Translations under genes and position numbers: made by a program
Shown: piece by piece, positions 1 through 13,000 of the stretch
Layout: the number at the start of each line of letters is the position of its first letter
Position numbering within the stretch: position 1 is the stretch's first letter
Notes under the pieces: model-generated
Told to the model about the DNA's origin: nothing
Databases searched by the model: none
What the model saw: only the letters and a program-made list of their open reading frames with translations
NCBI RefSeq assembly: GCF_963921235.1
Contig: NC_086108.1
Coordinates: 101,744,001 to 101,808,000 of the forward strand
DNA: 64,000 nucleotides
Reading direction: 5' to 3'
Origin: Mobula hypostoma
Lineage: Eukaryota

Positions 1-19
1 TGCAGAATTCCTGTTGTTT

Positions 20-114
20 GGGAGATATTTTGAAAAACGCTTAGTGTGGACCCCTGTCGTTTTTACTCGAAACCGGCGTTTTCAAAATTATCCGGCGTAG
101 TGTGGACGTAGCCT
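20..114. mobile_element. End of a Harbinger/PIF-like DNA transposon or MITE
   Basis: Terminal ...GTAGTGTGGACGTAGCC (reverse complement GGCTACGTCCACACTAC) resembles Harbinger TIRs; the other end is not seen. Confidence 0.45.
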
Positions 115-399
115 GTATCTGGCATTTTTGTGGGAATTGATAAGAAGCACAGAATTGACTTTTTTAACTTTGACTGATGTAATTGACTTTCTGTGCGCAT
201 GCATAAAAAAAGGCTGTGACTATTGTTCTTCAGAAGACTTGACAATCACACCGTTAGCGAGTCATTCTTCCTTTATTCATGAATATTCTTTAGTCACTTT
301 GAAGTCCACGTCCAATTTATTAGTGACCAACTTTAACTGAAATTCCTAAGCAAATTAATTTCCCTAACAATAACACATCGGAATTTAACCTTGCTGTTT

Positions 400-610
400 C
401 TCTATGATCTCCTGATGAGGACCTGATCATGGATGTCCAGCCTACTCCTCCTTAAGTCAATAATCAGCTCTTTGCTACCTGACATTGCGTGAGAGGTTGT
501 AGTAACATCACTCAGCCAAATTTTAATTTCCTTCCTATATGCTTTGATTGGGTGAACAATAGTGGTGTCATCAGCAAACTTCATTGTGGCACTGGAGTTG
601 GAATAAGCCT
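400..610 (-). mobile_element. Rex1/Babar-type LINE RT fragment
   Basis: Degenerate KFADDTTIV...KELIIDLRR. Confidence 0.55.
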
Positions 611-850
611 CAGCTCGTAAGTGTAAAGTGAGTAAAGTGAGTGTAATGTAGTAAAATAACTGTACTCAATATTCCTATTTGATCTGTAAAATTGGATGGT
701 AGTAAACAGACAGCACTCAATCAATAAAACCTAAATCAGCAAGTTCAACTAATGGACATTGACTGTAATGTTAACAGAATGTAAAACTAGAAAACACAGG
801 GGAAAGCAGACAGATCCGTCAGCATCTGCGGAGAGTACATAGGAGAATAC

Positions 851-1072
851 CTGGGCTGTGCCTTCAATTTCGAGCCGTGCAGTGTGTATGTTCTCTTCTA
901 TGACAAAGTCATTGTTGCTGTATACCTTTCCATTGGGGTCACGTACAAATACTTGTGGTGTGGACACCTCCCAAGTGAACACAAAATGTGTGTCACTTCC
1001 AACAGTTTTATCGACAAAAATTGAACCATTAAACCAACTGTTTTCATCAACACTCTTTCCTGTACTTTCGAG
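851..1072 (-). CDS. CLCA1: CLCA exon 10 ([34 protein letters not shown]...LEIEGTAQ)
   Basis: TAG acceptor, CAG|GTATT donor, 74 codons; LES.G...W.NG...VD.TVG.DT.F..TW pattern. Confidence 0.95.
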
Positions 1073-4000
1073 CTAGAAATGAGGAAATAAACATATATTA
1101 TTACAAAGCACTTGGTAACACAAGAATAATTGGAAATTAATTCTCTAAAGTAATCGAACCTCAATTGACTGTTGGTTAATGTCACCATCTCCTGATACTA
1201 ATCCACTGAATGCATCAATTAGTCCATTTGTGTCCACGTTGTCAGTGGCTGCAAACTGTAGACCTCCTAATTAATGGAAGAGGAAAAAAAAATAATCCAG
1301 ATATTGTCCCTAAATGGTTTTGCCCTCACTCTATTTGTCCTCATGTTCATCTCATACTTATGGAACACTTTCAGTTTTCCTTAATTCTACTTGGCAAATC
1401 CTTCTCATGTCCCCTTGGTCCATTCTTAAGCTCTTTCCTAGCTACCTTGTAACTGTAGCACTCTGCCTGACCCTTGCCTCCTAAACCTTAAGTAAGTTTC
1501 TTTCTTGATTAGATATTCCACATCTTTTGTTAACCATGGTTTCTTCAATTTACTACCTTTTCCCTACCTCAATGGGTCAAACATATCCATGCCGCCATGC
1601 AAGTGCTCTTGCCACTACCTGTCACGAGTGCGTACATTCCTCCATGTGTCAGTGTGGGTTTCCTCTAAATGCTCTGATTTCCTCCCACAGTCCAAAGATG
1701 CAGCAGTTCGTAAGTCAGTTATTCACTGTAAATTATCCTGTGATTAGGCTAGGATTAAATCAGGGGATTGGTTTGTAGCATGGCTCAAAGGGACATTTCT
1801 GCACTGTATCCCAATAAATAAATAAACAGCCTCCAGATTTCTGTTGTGCATTTCCCTGAGTACATCAATTCCCATTTTATGCTCCCAAGTTCCTGCCTAA
1901 TAGAATCAAAATTTCTCCTACCTCAAGTCAGTATATTCCTATTCTGTTTGCTCCTATCCTGTTCAAGGTTATGGTAAGGACAGGGAGTTGTGGTCACTAT
2001 CTCCGAAATACTCATCCACCAAGAGATCTGTCACCTGACCAAGTTCATCACCAAGTACAACATCTAGTATTGCCTCTCCTTTAGACAGCCTATCTACATA
2101 TTGTGTGAGCAATTTGTCTTCAATGCACCAAACAAATTCTGCCCACCAAACTTTTTATGCTTAGGAGATCCAATCAATGTTAGGGATATTGAAATCACTT
2201 ATGAAATCAACCTTGTTATTTTTTGCACCTTTCCAAATTCTGCCTCCCAATCTTCTCATCAGTTTTTACTGCTATTTGGGGTCTATAGAATACTCCCAAT
2301 AGAGTGATTGCTCCATTCTTGTTTTTGATTTGCACCCACACTGACTCAGTAGACTATCCTGCCACAAGACATTGCTTTCTGCCACTGTGATACTAACACT
2401 GATTAGCAATGCCACCTCTTTCACCTTCTTCACTGTCTGTCTGAAGGATTTAAACCCAGAACATCCATTAGCTATTCCAGCCTTTATGATAGTCACGTTT
2501 TGTGTAATGGCCACAATGTCATAGTTCCATGTACTGACCCGTGCCCTAAGTTCATCATCCTTGTTCTCATACTTCTTGCATTAAAATAGACCCACCCAAC
2601 TGCCAGCCATTGTGCTTTATCCACTGCCTAGCCTTTCTCACAATCTTTCTTTACACCGCATTTACATTTACATCAACTGCTCCCTCTCTGACCTATCCCT
2701 CTGGTTCCCATCTCATTGTCAAAGTAGTTTAAACCCTCCACAACAGCTCTAGCACACTGACCCACAAGAATGTTGGTCATCTTCATGCCTAAAACGTTGG
2801 TAATATACTACTAAGTTTTATTTCAGCTCTGGTGGTGACAATGTCCATCCTACTCTTCAATACACTTCTGTGGATATAACAAGACTTTTAGGGGAGTGTG
2901 TTACCATGGATGAAGATTGGTTATTGTGTAGAAGACAAAGAATCAGAATATATCGGTCTTTTTAGCTGCAGGGATATAACTAGACGGTGTGCCAAGGATC
3001 AGTTGGTGGACATCAACTATTTTGACCAGGTTCATTACTTGAAGGAGGGGGCAGTGAGATCTCCATGGTCTTTTGTAGGAATCATGTAAAGTTAGCAGGC
3101 AAGTGCAGCACATAGTTAGAAAGGCAATCCTTCACTATGCCAGCTGTAAGATCAGAGTTCAATTCCCACTGCTGTCTGTAAGGGGTTTGTACGTTCACCC
3201 CATGACTACGTGGGTTTCCTCCGGGTGTTCCAGTTTCCTCCTGTCTTGCAAAGATATACGGCTTAGGGTTAGTAAGTTGTTGGTTTGCTATGTTGCCGAC
3301 TCTTGTGAGAAGCCTCGAGTACATAGAACATAGAACAGTACAACTCAGTACAGTCCCTTTGGCCCATAATGATGGGCCGACATTTTCACCACTCAGACTG
3401 AAAAAAAAATGCATTTCCCTGCATGTTTTGATATTTTGGCGTAAATGTGACAAATAAAGATGATCTTTAAAATGATTTATTACAAAAGGGACAGAGTTTA
3501 GAAGTAAGATTTATTACAATAATTGTGTCATCTCTCCTCATAGGTGATGATCTCCAGCTCAGGCAACATCCTGGTGAATCTCTTTATCCTCTCCAAGCAT
3601 GTTATCATACTGGTTGTCCAGTTGCTAACAGTCCAGTTATTTGGTGCTGGTTACCTGTCTTTGCTGAGAGCTTCTCTAGATCCTTGTCTGCACTTGGCCC
3701 CAATGCAATTGTGTGGATCGTGGCTCTACTCTGTTCCACCTCTGTGAAACAACTGCTAATACTGTTGTCCTCTCCGTCCGTAAGCAAAATAATTTCATCA
3801 CCACTTGTATCTCCATCATCACCACGAAGTACCTGAAAGACAATGAGTTGTCAACAAGTTGGGTAAAATGTAATCCCTGAAAGGAATGTGTTAATGAAGT
3901 TTTCCAGACCTACCTGAAAGCCAGATCGAACCCCTGCACAGATACTCGTTCCCCCTCCAGTTGATGTTGGTAGCAGCTGTACAAGATACTTCCTCACATC

Positions 4001-7000
4001 AGGATTAACAATCTTTTTTAACTGTGCTTTAATGCTTGCATCAGAGTTAAAAGTGACAATTCCAACTTGTGATCCTTTTTCAATGACCTGCAGCAAGAAT
4101 ATCTCAGCAGCTTGTCGAAGCCTGACAATGCGATTCTCCTGTTCACAAACATAAAGCACAAAGTGTGATGTAAGATTAATCTCAGCCCCGTTTAATGGGC
4201 CAGACAGTGCTGGATACAACTGAATCTTAATGCCTTTAGATGTAAACCATGAAGCTGCGGCCATTCTGCTGGAATCAGGCTGTTGTTGCAATTCAGCCCC
4301 ACAGTACTGGATGAGCAAGTGACCGGCACATTTACCTGTTTGGTAATGTGGGGCTCAACATCCCCAGAGTGTGGGATGTTCATTCAGTGCTGTTTTCAAT
4401 GTTCCTACTGCTGTCTACAACTAAAACTGGGACAGCTTCTTCTAATTTTCAAAAATTGTCCAATGTGATTCAATTTAAGGTTGTTTATTATCATTCTTCA
4501 GTAAACATGAAGAATGACAAATATGATTGTCATATAAAAATGTGATTGTTTCTCTGGATCTGATGCATTAAAAAAGCATAATCAATATAAATGTAAAAGC
4601 AATCCTATAAAACAGAATGCTCAAAATGTCTGTATTAAAAGTTCATCCATCATCATCGATGAAGACCTCGACACCATTAGTACTTTTTTTTGTACAAAGT
4701 CGAGTTACTAGCTTGACACTCAACCTGGCATGGATGGAAAGCGTGCTCAGGAGCAGCTCGACTCGCTTCGAACTCGGGAACCTTCGCTTCCGGAGTTCGG
4801 CGCTGATGTCACATCGCAACCAGCCAGCGTATGATGGTGTCGAGACTAGCGCTTGATTTGGATTTAAGTGAGGGAGAGTTGCACAGCGTCACCCTCACTT
4901 TCTCTTCCCAATTCCCATCTAGATCCAGTGGCAAGACAGAGTTGAGATGGCTGGAGATGGGTCTAGGCACAGTGGACGACCAGGACACCTTCTGTGTCTT
5001 GTCCTGCTCTACGCGTTCCACGACACTTACAGACACCGCCTTCTTGACCGTTGGACCTACCATTGGTCTCATCCACTCAATCAGCTGGAGTCTGTCTTCA
5101 CATGCTGGGATAGACAACTCCCTATCTCACCGTCGGCTACCCTCACCTGGTTTAGCCGGCTTGTCAAAGCCGTTGCCCAGGGTGTGGCCGCTGTCGCATG
5201 CAAACAGCTACGTGGAGCCACAGGTGAGAGCTGAGTGCCAGGTGGGGACCAGAGGTGGACAAACCGCCTTGAAAAGGATACGACTTGTTCCCCCACCAGA
5301 GGTGCTACCCCTCCCTGATGCCCCATTCACCCCAAATCTGTATATAGACCATAAGACCATAAAACATTATTCCAGAATAAGGAGTCGAATTAGGCCATTT
5401 GGCCTGAGTCTGCTCCACTACTCAATCTTAGTTGACCCTTTTCTCTCCACTCAGACACACTCCCTGGCCTTTTCTCTGTAATTTTTGATGCCGTCTCCAA
5501 TCAACAACCTATCAAGCTCTGCCTTAAATACACCCAGTGACCTGGCCTCCACAGCTGTCTGTGGTAAAACATTCCACAAATTCACCTCCCTCTAGCTAAT
5601 GAAATTTCCCTGCATCCCTCATTTAAATGGATGCCCCTCAATACCGAACCTGTGCCCTCTTGTCCTAGAGTAGACTATCCACCATGTGAATCATCCTTTC
5701 CACATCTTCTCTGTCTAGGCCTTTCAACAATTGAAAGTTTTCAATGAGGTCCCACATCATCATTCTAAGTTCCAGCGAGTACAGACCCAGAGCTATCCAA
5801 CATTCCTTGTATGATAACCTTTTCATTCCCAGAACCTCCTCTGACACTCTCCGATGCCAGCACATCTTTTCTTAGATGAGGAGCCCAAAGTGTTCACAAT
5901 ACTCAAGGTGAGGCCTCACCAGTTCCTTATAAAGCCTCAGCATCACATGCCTGCTCTTGTATTCTGGACATCTTGAATTGAATGATAAGTGCATTTGCCT
6001 TCCTCACCTTGCCTTACACCACTGACTCTACCTGAAATTGAACCTTTGGAATGTTCTGCATAAGGACTCCCAAGACCCTTTGCATCTCAGATTTTTGGAT
6101 TTTCTCTCCATTTAGAAAATGTTGTTGGTTTTGGAAACAGAAGTGGATGAATAGCAGAAGCTTTGTGAAACACAATCGAAGTTCAACAAAAAGTTAAGAC
6201 AGAAGATTATCAACCTAGAAAATAGAAGTAGAAGGAACAACCTACGAGTTTTGGGTCTCAAAGAATTAATCGAAGGTAATCATCCTATGGAGTTTTTTAT
6301 AAACTTTTTACGAGAATTATTTCTGGAGATTTTGACCTCTGTGCCTATAATTGATTGAGTTCACAGATCTCCTGTGCTCAGAACTCTTAACATTCAGAGA
6401 CCAAGAGGAAACACAAACACGAGGAAATCTGCAGGTGCTGGAATTTCAAGTAACACACATAAACTTTGCTGGTGAACGTAGCAGGCCAGGCAGCATCTCT
6501 AGGGAGATGAGATCCTGACGAAGGGTCTCGGCCCAAAACATCGACTGTACTTCTTCCTAGAGATGCTGCCTGGCCTGCTGCATTCACCAGAAACTTTTAT
6601 AAGATCAGTAATAATCTGTTTAAAGGAATTTAAAACAAAGGAACTCTTAATTTCCGAATCTCATTGAAAAGGCATGATTGACTATAATGGTCGCAAAATT
6701 AGAATTGGCGAAGATTATTCACCTGAGGTTATGCAGGAATGTGTTAAGTTCAAAGAAGTTATGTCTGAGCTTTTTAATAAGGGTTTCAAGCCTTCCCTTC
6801 GCTACCCAGCCCAACTCAGAGTCACACTTCAAAATGGTTCTTTCGAATAGTTTCACTCGTCTGTTGAAGCTCAAAAGTTTTTAAAATCTGAAGGCTAGCT
6901 GTTTAGTTTCTCCTTACATGAAGACACAAGATTAAACTTCTAACTTGCAAATCCCACCGAAGGGGCATGATTGTTTATAGGGTGGAATATTAAGATTCTT

Positions 7001-10000
7001 GAATATTATTCACTTGAGGTTATGCAGCAATGTGCTAAGTTTAAATAAGCTCTGTTGGAATTTTTTTTAATAAGAGTTTTAACCCGTCCCTTGGCTACCC
7101 ATTTTGAATGAAAATCTCATTAGGATGGATCCTTCGAATGGTTTTGCTTGAATATTGAAGCACGAATGTTTTTTAAATTTGAAGTCTAACTGATTAGTCT
7201 GTTTTCCATGAAGATATAATATTAATGTTTAATGTATTCTGTATGAATAATTGTGTCTTTTACTTTTGGTAAACCTTTGTAACTAATTTCCTTTCGTACT
7301 TTTAATACTGTATTTTTGATATACGACAATTGAATTTCTTATTTGGATATTGTTTAGTCTAGGTTGGATTATAAACAACCTTGAAACTAATTGGAGCGAT
7401 CACCAAGTTTTTTTGGGGGTTGTCCATAGTTTTTAGATGCTGACTTTCTATTGGTCGGTTTTCCTTCTTTGGGAGGTGGGCGGGGGTGTGTTTTTTTTCC
7501 CAGAAGCTGTTTTCGAATTTTTAGCCAACTTGTTGCTTGCTTACCATTTCTCAAGGTTTATGGCTTGGTTATTAACTTACATTTTAACTCCTCCTTTAAA
7601 TAATATTAAAAATGGACCAAACAATTAATTTACATAGATTCAATGTGAAAGAGTAAATCACCCTGTTAAACGTAATAAGATTTTTGCTTATATTAAGAAA
7701 TTTAAGGTCTCTATTATTTTTTTTAACAAGAAACACACATACACAAATGTGATAATCTACATTTTTTTAGCCATTGGAACAGATTTTGTTTTCACTCGTC
7801 TTTTCAGGCCAAATCTAGAGAAGTTTTGATTCTAAAAGATAAGACACTTTCCTTTGTCCAACATAAAGTAGTGTCTGACACTAATGGATGTTTTGTTATA
7901 GTTTCAGGAAAACCAGATAATAAATTACTAGTAGTTGCCAATGTGTATGCCCCAAATGTAGATGATCCAGGATTCTTTGAGTGTTTTTTTTCTGTTTTTA
8001 CCAGATCTGAATCTTTACTCTTTGGTGATGGGAGGAGATTTTAATTGTTGGCTTGACTCAATTTTAGACTGATCATCTTCTAGACCAGCATCTCCTAATA
8101 AATAAGTTTGTTTATTCAATCCTTTTTAATGAAGTGTGCTATAGTTGATGTTTGGCATTATTTACATCCCTTAGATAGGGAATATTCATTTTTTTCTCAT
8201 GTTCATCATATACATTCCAGGATTGATTATTTATTTATCAATGGTCAAATAATTTTATCAGTTCATTCCTGCTGTTTCAGATCATGCTCCTACATTTTTA
8301 TCTTTAAAACTCCCTGGTCTTTCTAAAACCAACAGATTTTGAAGTTTTAATACAACGTTGTTATCTGATAAGGAATTCTAAAAATTTCTAGAGAAGCATA
8401 TCATTTTGTTTTTTGAAGAAAATAAAAAGGAAGAGACTTCTAATCTTATTGTATGGGATACTTTCGAGGTCTATATTAGAAGACAAATTATTTCTTATAC
8501 TGTGAGTGTTAAGAGTAAAGCTAATAAAGAAAGAATTGAATTAGGCAATCAATTGAAACAATTAAATGAAAAATATGCTATAGTTCCAGATCCTGTTTTA
8601 CATAAAAGACGTATTGAAGTTAAATCTAAATATGACCTTCTGTTAACATATCCAATTGAAACTCAACTTCTTAAACATAAACAACAGGAATTCTGCAGAT
8701 GCTGGAAATTCAAGCAACACACATCAAAGTTGCTGGTGAACGCAGCAGGCCAGGCAGCATGCGCCTCTTCCTATAGATGCTGCCTGGCCTGCTGCGTTCA
8801 CCAGCAACTTTGATGTGTGTTTCTTAAACATAAAACTCAATTTTACATTCACGGAGATAAATCAGGCAAAGTATTGGCCAAACAATTAAAAACTTCTGTA
8901 GTTAAGTGACAAATAAAAGAAATTTGCAAAACTAATGGTGATAGAACAATTGATTACTCTGAAATAAAAAATACCTTTAGAGAATTCTATTTTACACTTT
9001 ATAGTTCTGATTCCCTTAAAGATAATACTGTAATAAATAATTTTTAGATCAATTAAATATCCCTGAACTTTCTGCAGATAACTGCAAACAGAAGAATCAA
9101 CCCATTTCTTATGAGGAAATCGCCGAGGCTATACGTTCATTACACTCGGGGAAGACTCCGGGTCCAGATGAATTTTCTGGAGAATTTTATAAGGCTTTTT
9201 CTTCATTAATTATACCACGGTTACACTTAGTCTTTCTGGATTTTTTCAAATTGGGCAGTTTGCTTCAATCTTTTTATAAAGCTTCTATTTCGTTTATCCT
9301 AAAAAAGAACAAGAAACCAAAACTGAATGCTCTTTATAGAGGCCAATTTCATTACTCAATGTTGATACTAAAATTCTTTCTAAAGTTCTGGCTCATAGGA
9401 TTGAAAATATTTTACCTTCCATTATTTCTGATGATCAGACTGGATTTATTAAAAACTGATTTTCACATGTTAATGTACACCGTGTATTAAATGTTATTTA
9501 CTCTCCTTCTCAGGAGGTATCGGAATGTGTGATATCCTTAGATGCTGAGAAGGCCTTCGATCGGGTTGAATGGAATTATTTATTTAAAACCCTAGAAAAG
9601 TTTAATTTTGGAACAGATTTTATTCAGTGGACTAAATTATTTATTTATCTCCTTCTGCTCGGGTTCTTACTAATTTTCAAAATTCCAAACCATTTAAACC
9701 TCACTGCTGAACTAGACAAGGCTGTCTGTTGAGTCCTTTGCTTTTTGATTTAGCTTTAGAACCCCTTGCCATTGCTTTTCAAGAATCTAATGATATCTGT
9801 GGTATTTATGGAGAGGTATCACCCACAAAATCTCGCTTTACGCTGATGATACTTTGCTTTTTATCTTTAATGTTGAGACCTCGTTACCTTGTGTACTTTC
9901 TTTACTCTCCCAATTTAACCAGTTTTCAGGATATAAATTGAACCTAAATAAGAGCGAATTATTTCCTTTAAATTATTTGGTATCAATTAATACTAATCTC

Positions 10001-13000
10001 CCTTTTAAAATTGTAAAGGATCAATTTACTTATTTGTGTGTAACAGTCACTAAGAATTACGAATACCTGTTTAAAGAAAACTTTCTTACTTTATTGAACT
10101 GTGTAAAAAAAGATATCATTAAATTGGTCACCTCTTTCAATATCGTTGATTGGATGAATTAATTCTATTAAAATAAATATTCTACCTAAATTTATATATC
10201 TTTTTCAGGCCTTACCCATTTTTATTCCTAAATCCTTTTTTGATTCTCTTGAATCAATTTTATCCTCCTATATATGGAAAAATAAACGTCCTCGTTTAAA
10301 TAAAGTTCATCTTTAAAAACCTAAAGAATCTGGAGGTTTAGCCTTACCTAATTTTAGGCTCTGGGTAGTTGATATACAATATTGTAGCGGTGTGCTACAC
10401 ACAGCGCTAGAATAACCACATGGAGTCGGTGAGTTAGAGTTGCAATTAAAAGAGCTTTATTCAAACTTCGCGGCCTGTTTTAAAGCCTTCCCGTTCCCGC
10501 CCTCCCTGGGGCGGGACTGCTGTGGGGAATGCATGTTCCCAGACCCTTTCTGCGCGCGGGATTTTCCCCCTGCTGGTGAAGATGGTCTGGCCCCCTTTTT
10601 GGGGCCGGCCTTCTGCCTGCGCGCGCTGTTGTGAGCCGGTTCGTGGGTGCCAGAAAGTGGGTCGCAACATAACCCCGCCCCCCCCCCCAGAACCGGCGAT
10701 ACCTCCCGCAATGTCCACAGTCTGGATCGGCCTCTGTTTGGGAGGTCTGCCCCTGCGCCGCAGTGCCTGGACCGGCTGCGCCAAGTCCACATGGGCCGGT
10801 TTGAGTCGGTCCACCGTGAAAACCTCCTCTCTCCCCCCAATGTCCAGCACGAACATGGACCCGTTGTTCCTGATCACCTTAAACGGCCCCTCGTAGGGCC
10901 GCTGTAACAGTGCCCGGTGTCCGCCCTGTCATACAAAAAGAAACTTACAGTTCTGCAGGTCTTTGGGTATGCAGGTCGGGCTCTGTCCGTGCTGTGAAGT
11001 GGGGATGGGGGCCAGGTTACCGAGCCTCTCCCGTAGTCTGTCCAGGACTGCTGTGGGTTCTTCCTCTTGCCCCCTTGGGGCTAGTATGAACTCTCCTGGG
11101 ACTACCAGGGGTGCGCCGTACACCAACTCGGCCAACGAGGTGTGCAGATCCTCTTTGGGCGCCGTGCGGATTCCGAGCAGGACCCAGGGAAGTTCGTCCA
11201 CCCAGTTAGGCCCCTCCAGGTGGGCCATGACAGCCGACTTCAGGTGACGGTTGAAGCGCTCCACTAGTCCGTTCGACTGTGGGTGGTAGGCAGTTGTGTG
11301 GTGTAGCTGAGATCCTAAAAGGCTGGCCATAGCCGACCACAGGCTGGAGGTGAACTGGGCGCTCCTGTCGGAGGTAATGTGGGCCGGTATCCCAAAGCGG
11401 GCTACCCAGGTTGCGATCAGTGCTCGGGCGCAGGATTCGGAGGTGGTGTCGCTGAGCGGGACTGCCTCTGGCCATCTGGTGAACCGGTCTATCATAGTTA
11501 GGAGGTACCGCGCTCCTCGTGACACTGGCAGGGGCCCCATGATATCCACATGGATGTGGTCGAACCTCCGGCGGGAGGGTTTGAACCGCTGCAGCGGAGC
11601 CTTGGTGTGCCGCTGCACCTTGGCCGTTTGGCACTCCATGCACGTTTTGGCCCATTCACTGACCTGTTTACGCAGTCCATGCCACACGAACCTGTTGGCG
11701 ACCAGCCGGACGGTTGTCCTGATGGAGGGGTGCGATAAGTTGTGAATGGACTCGAAAACCCGCTGGCGCCAGGCTGCTGGGACGACGGGGCGGGGTTGGC
11801 CGGTAGCTACGTCACATAGTAGGGTCCTCTCACCTGGGCCTACGGGGAGGTCTTGGAGCTGCAAACCGGAGACTGCAGTCCTGTAACTGGGGATCTCAGT
11901 GTCTGCCTGCTGTGTCTCTGCCAGCGCTGCATAGTCTACCTCCTGGGACAGGGCCTGTATGGTCGGTCTGGATAGTGCGTCTGCCACAACGTTGTCCTTT
12001 CCAGAGACATGCCGGATGTCCGTCGTGTACTCAGAGATGTAGGACAGATGTTGCTGCTGGCGGGACGACCAGGGGTCGGACACCTTCATGAACGCAAAGG
12101 TAAGCGCTTTGTGGTCTGTGAACGCGGTGAAGGGCCTATCTTCTAAGAAGTATCTGAAATGTCGGATTGCCAGGTATAGTGCCAATAGCTCCCGGTCGAA
12201 AGCACTGTATTTGAGTTCTGGTGGTCGTAGGTGTTTGCTGAAGAACGCCAGGGGTTGCCAGCGGCCCTCGATGAGTTGTTCCAGCACTCCACCGACCGCT
12301 GTGTTGGATGCGTCAACCGTGAGGGCAGTAGGAATGTCCATTCTGGGGTGCACTAGCATCGCGGCGTTTGCCAAGGCTTCCTTGGTTTTAACGAAAGCGG
12401 TTGCGGCCTCTTCGTCCCAGGTAATGTCCTTGCCCTTACCCGACATTAGAGTGAACAGGGATCGCATGGTTCGGGCTGCTGAGGGGAGGAAACGGTGGTA
12501 GAAATTCACCATACCCACGAATTCCTGCAGGCCTTTGATTGTGTTGGGTCAGGGGAAGTTGCGGACCGCGTCTACCTTGGCGGGCAGCGGGGTTGCCCTG
12601 TCTTTAGTAGTCCTGTGGCCCACAAAGTCGATGGTGTCGAGTCCGAACTGGCATTTGGCTAGGTTGATTGTAAGGTCGAATTCGCTCAGTCGGGCGTAGA
12701 GTTGACGGAGGTGGGATAGATGCTCCTGACGACTACTGCAGGTCGACCAGCAGGCTGTGGGCTCGTAGAAAATCTGCCCCCAGCAGTGGTTGGGCCACGA
12801 TGGCCAGTGTGAAGTCCCACGTGAACCGGCTGGAGCTGAACTGTAGCCGCACCGTGCGGGTGCCGTAGGTTCGTATTGTGCTGCCATTAGCGGCCCTCAG
12901 GGTGGGTCCCGGTTCTCTGTTGCGGGTGTCGTAACTCGTTGGAGGTAAGACGCTGATCTCCGCTCCGGTGTCGACCAAAAAGCGGCGTCCCGACTGCTTG

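Noticed and set aside
1185..1215. Beta4-integrin-binding motif described for some CLCAs (FSRISS-type)
   Set aside because: The sequence here reads AFSGLVSG, so the motif is absent.
4684..4828. tRNA gene
   Set aside because: It has a B-box-like motif but no convincing cloverleaf and ends in an A-tail, so it is a SINE.
4831..5481. 216-aa plus-strand ORF
   Set aside because: It crosses the boundary between two repeats and has no recognisable motif; likely a chance ORF in GC-rich TE sequence.
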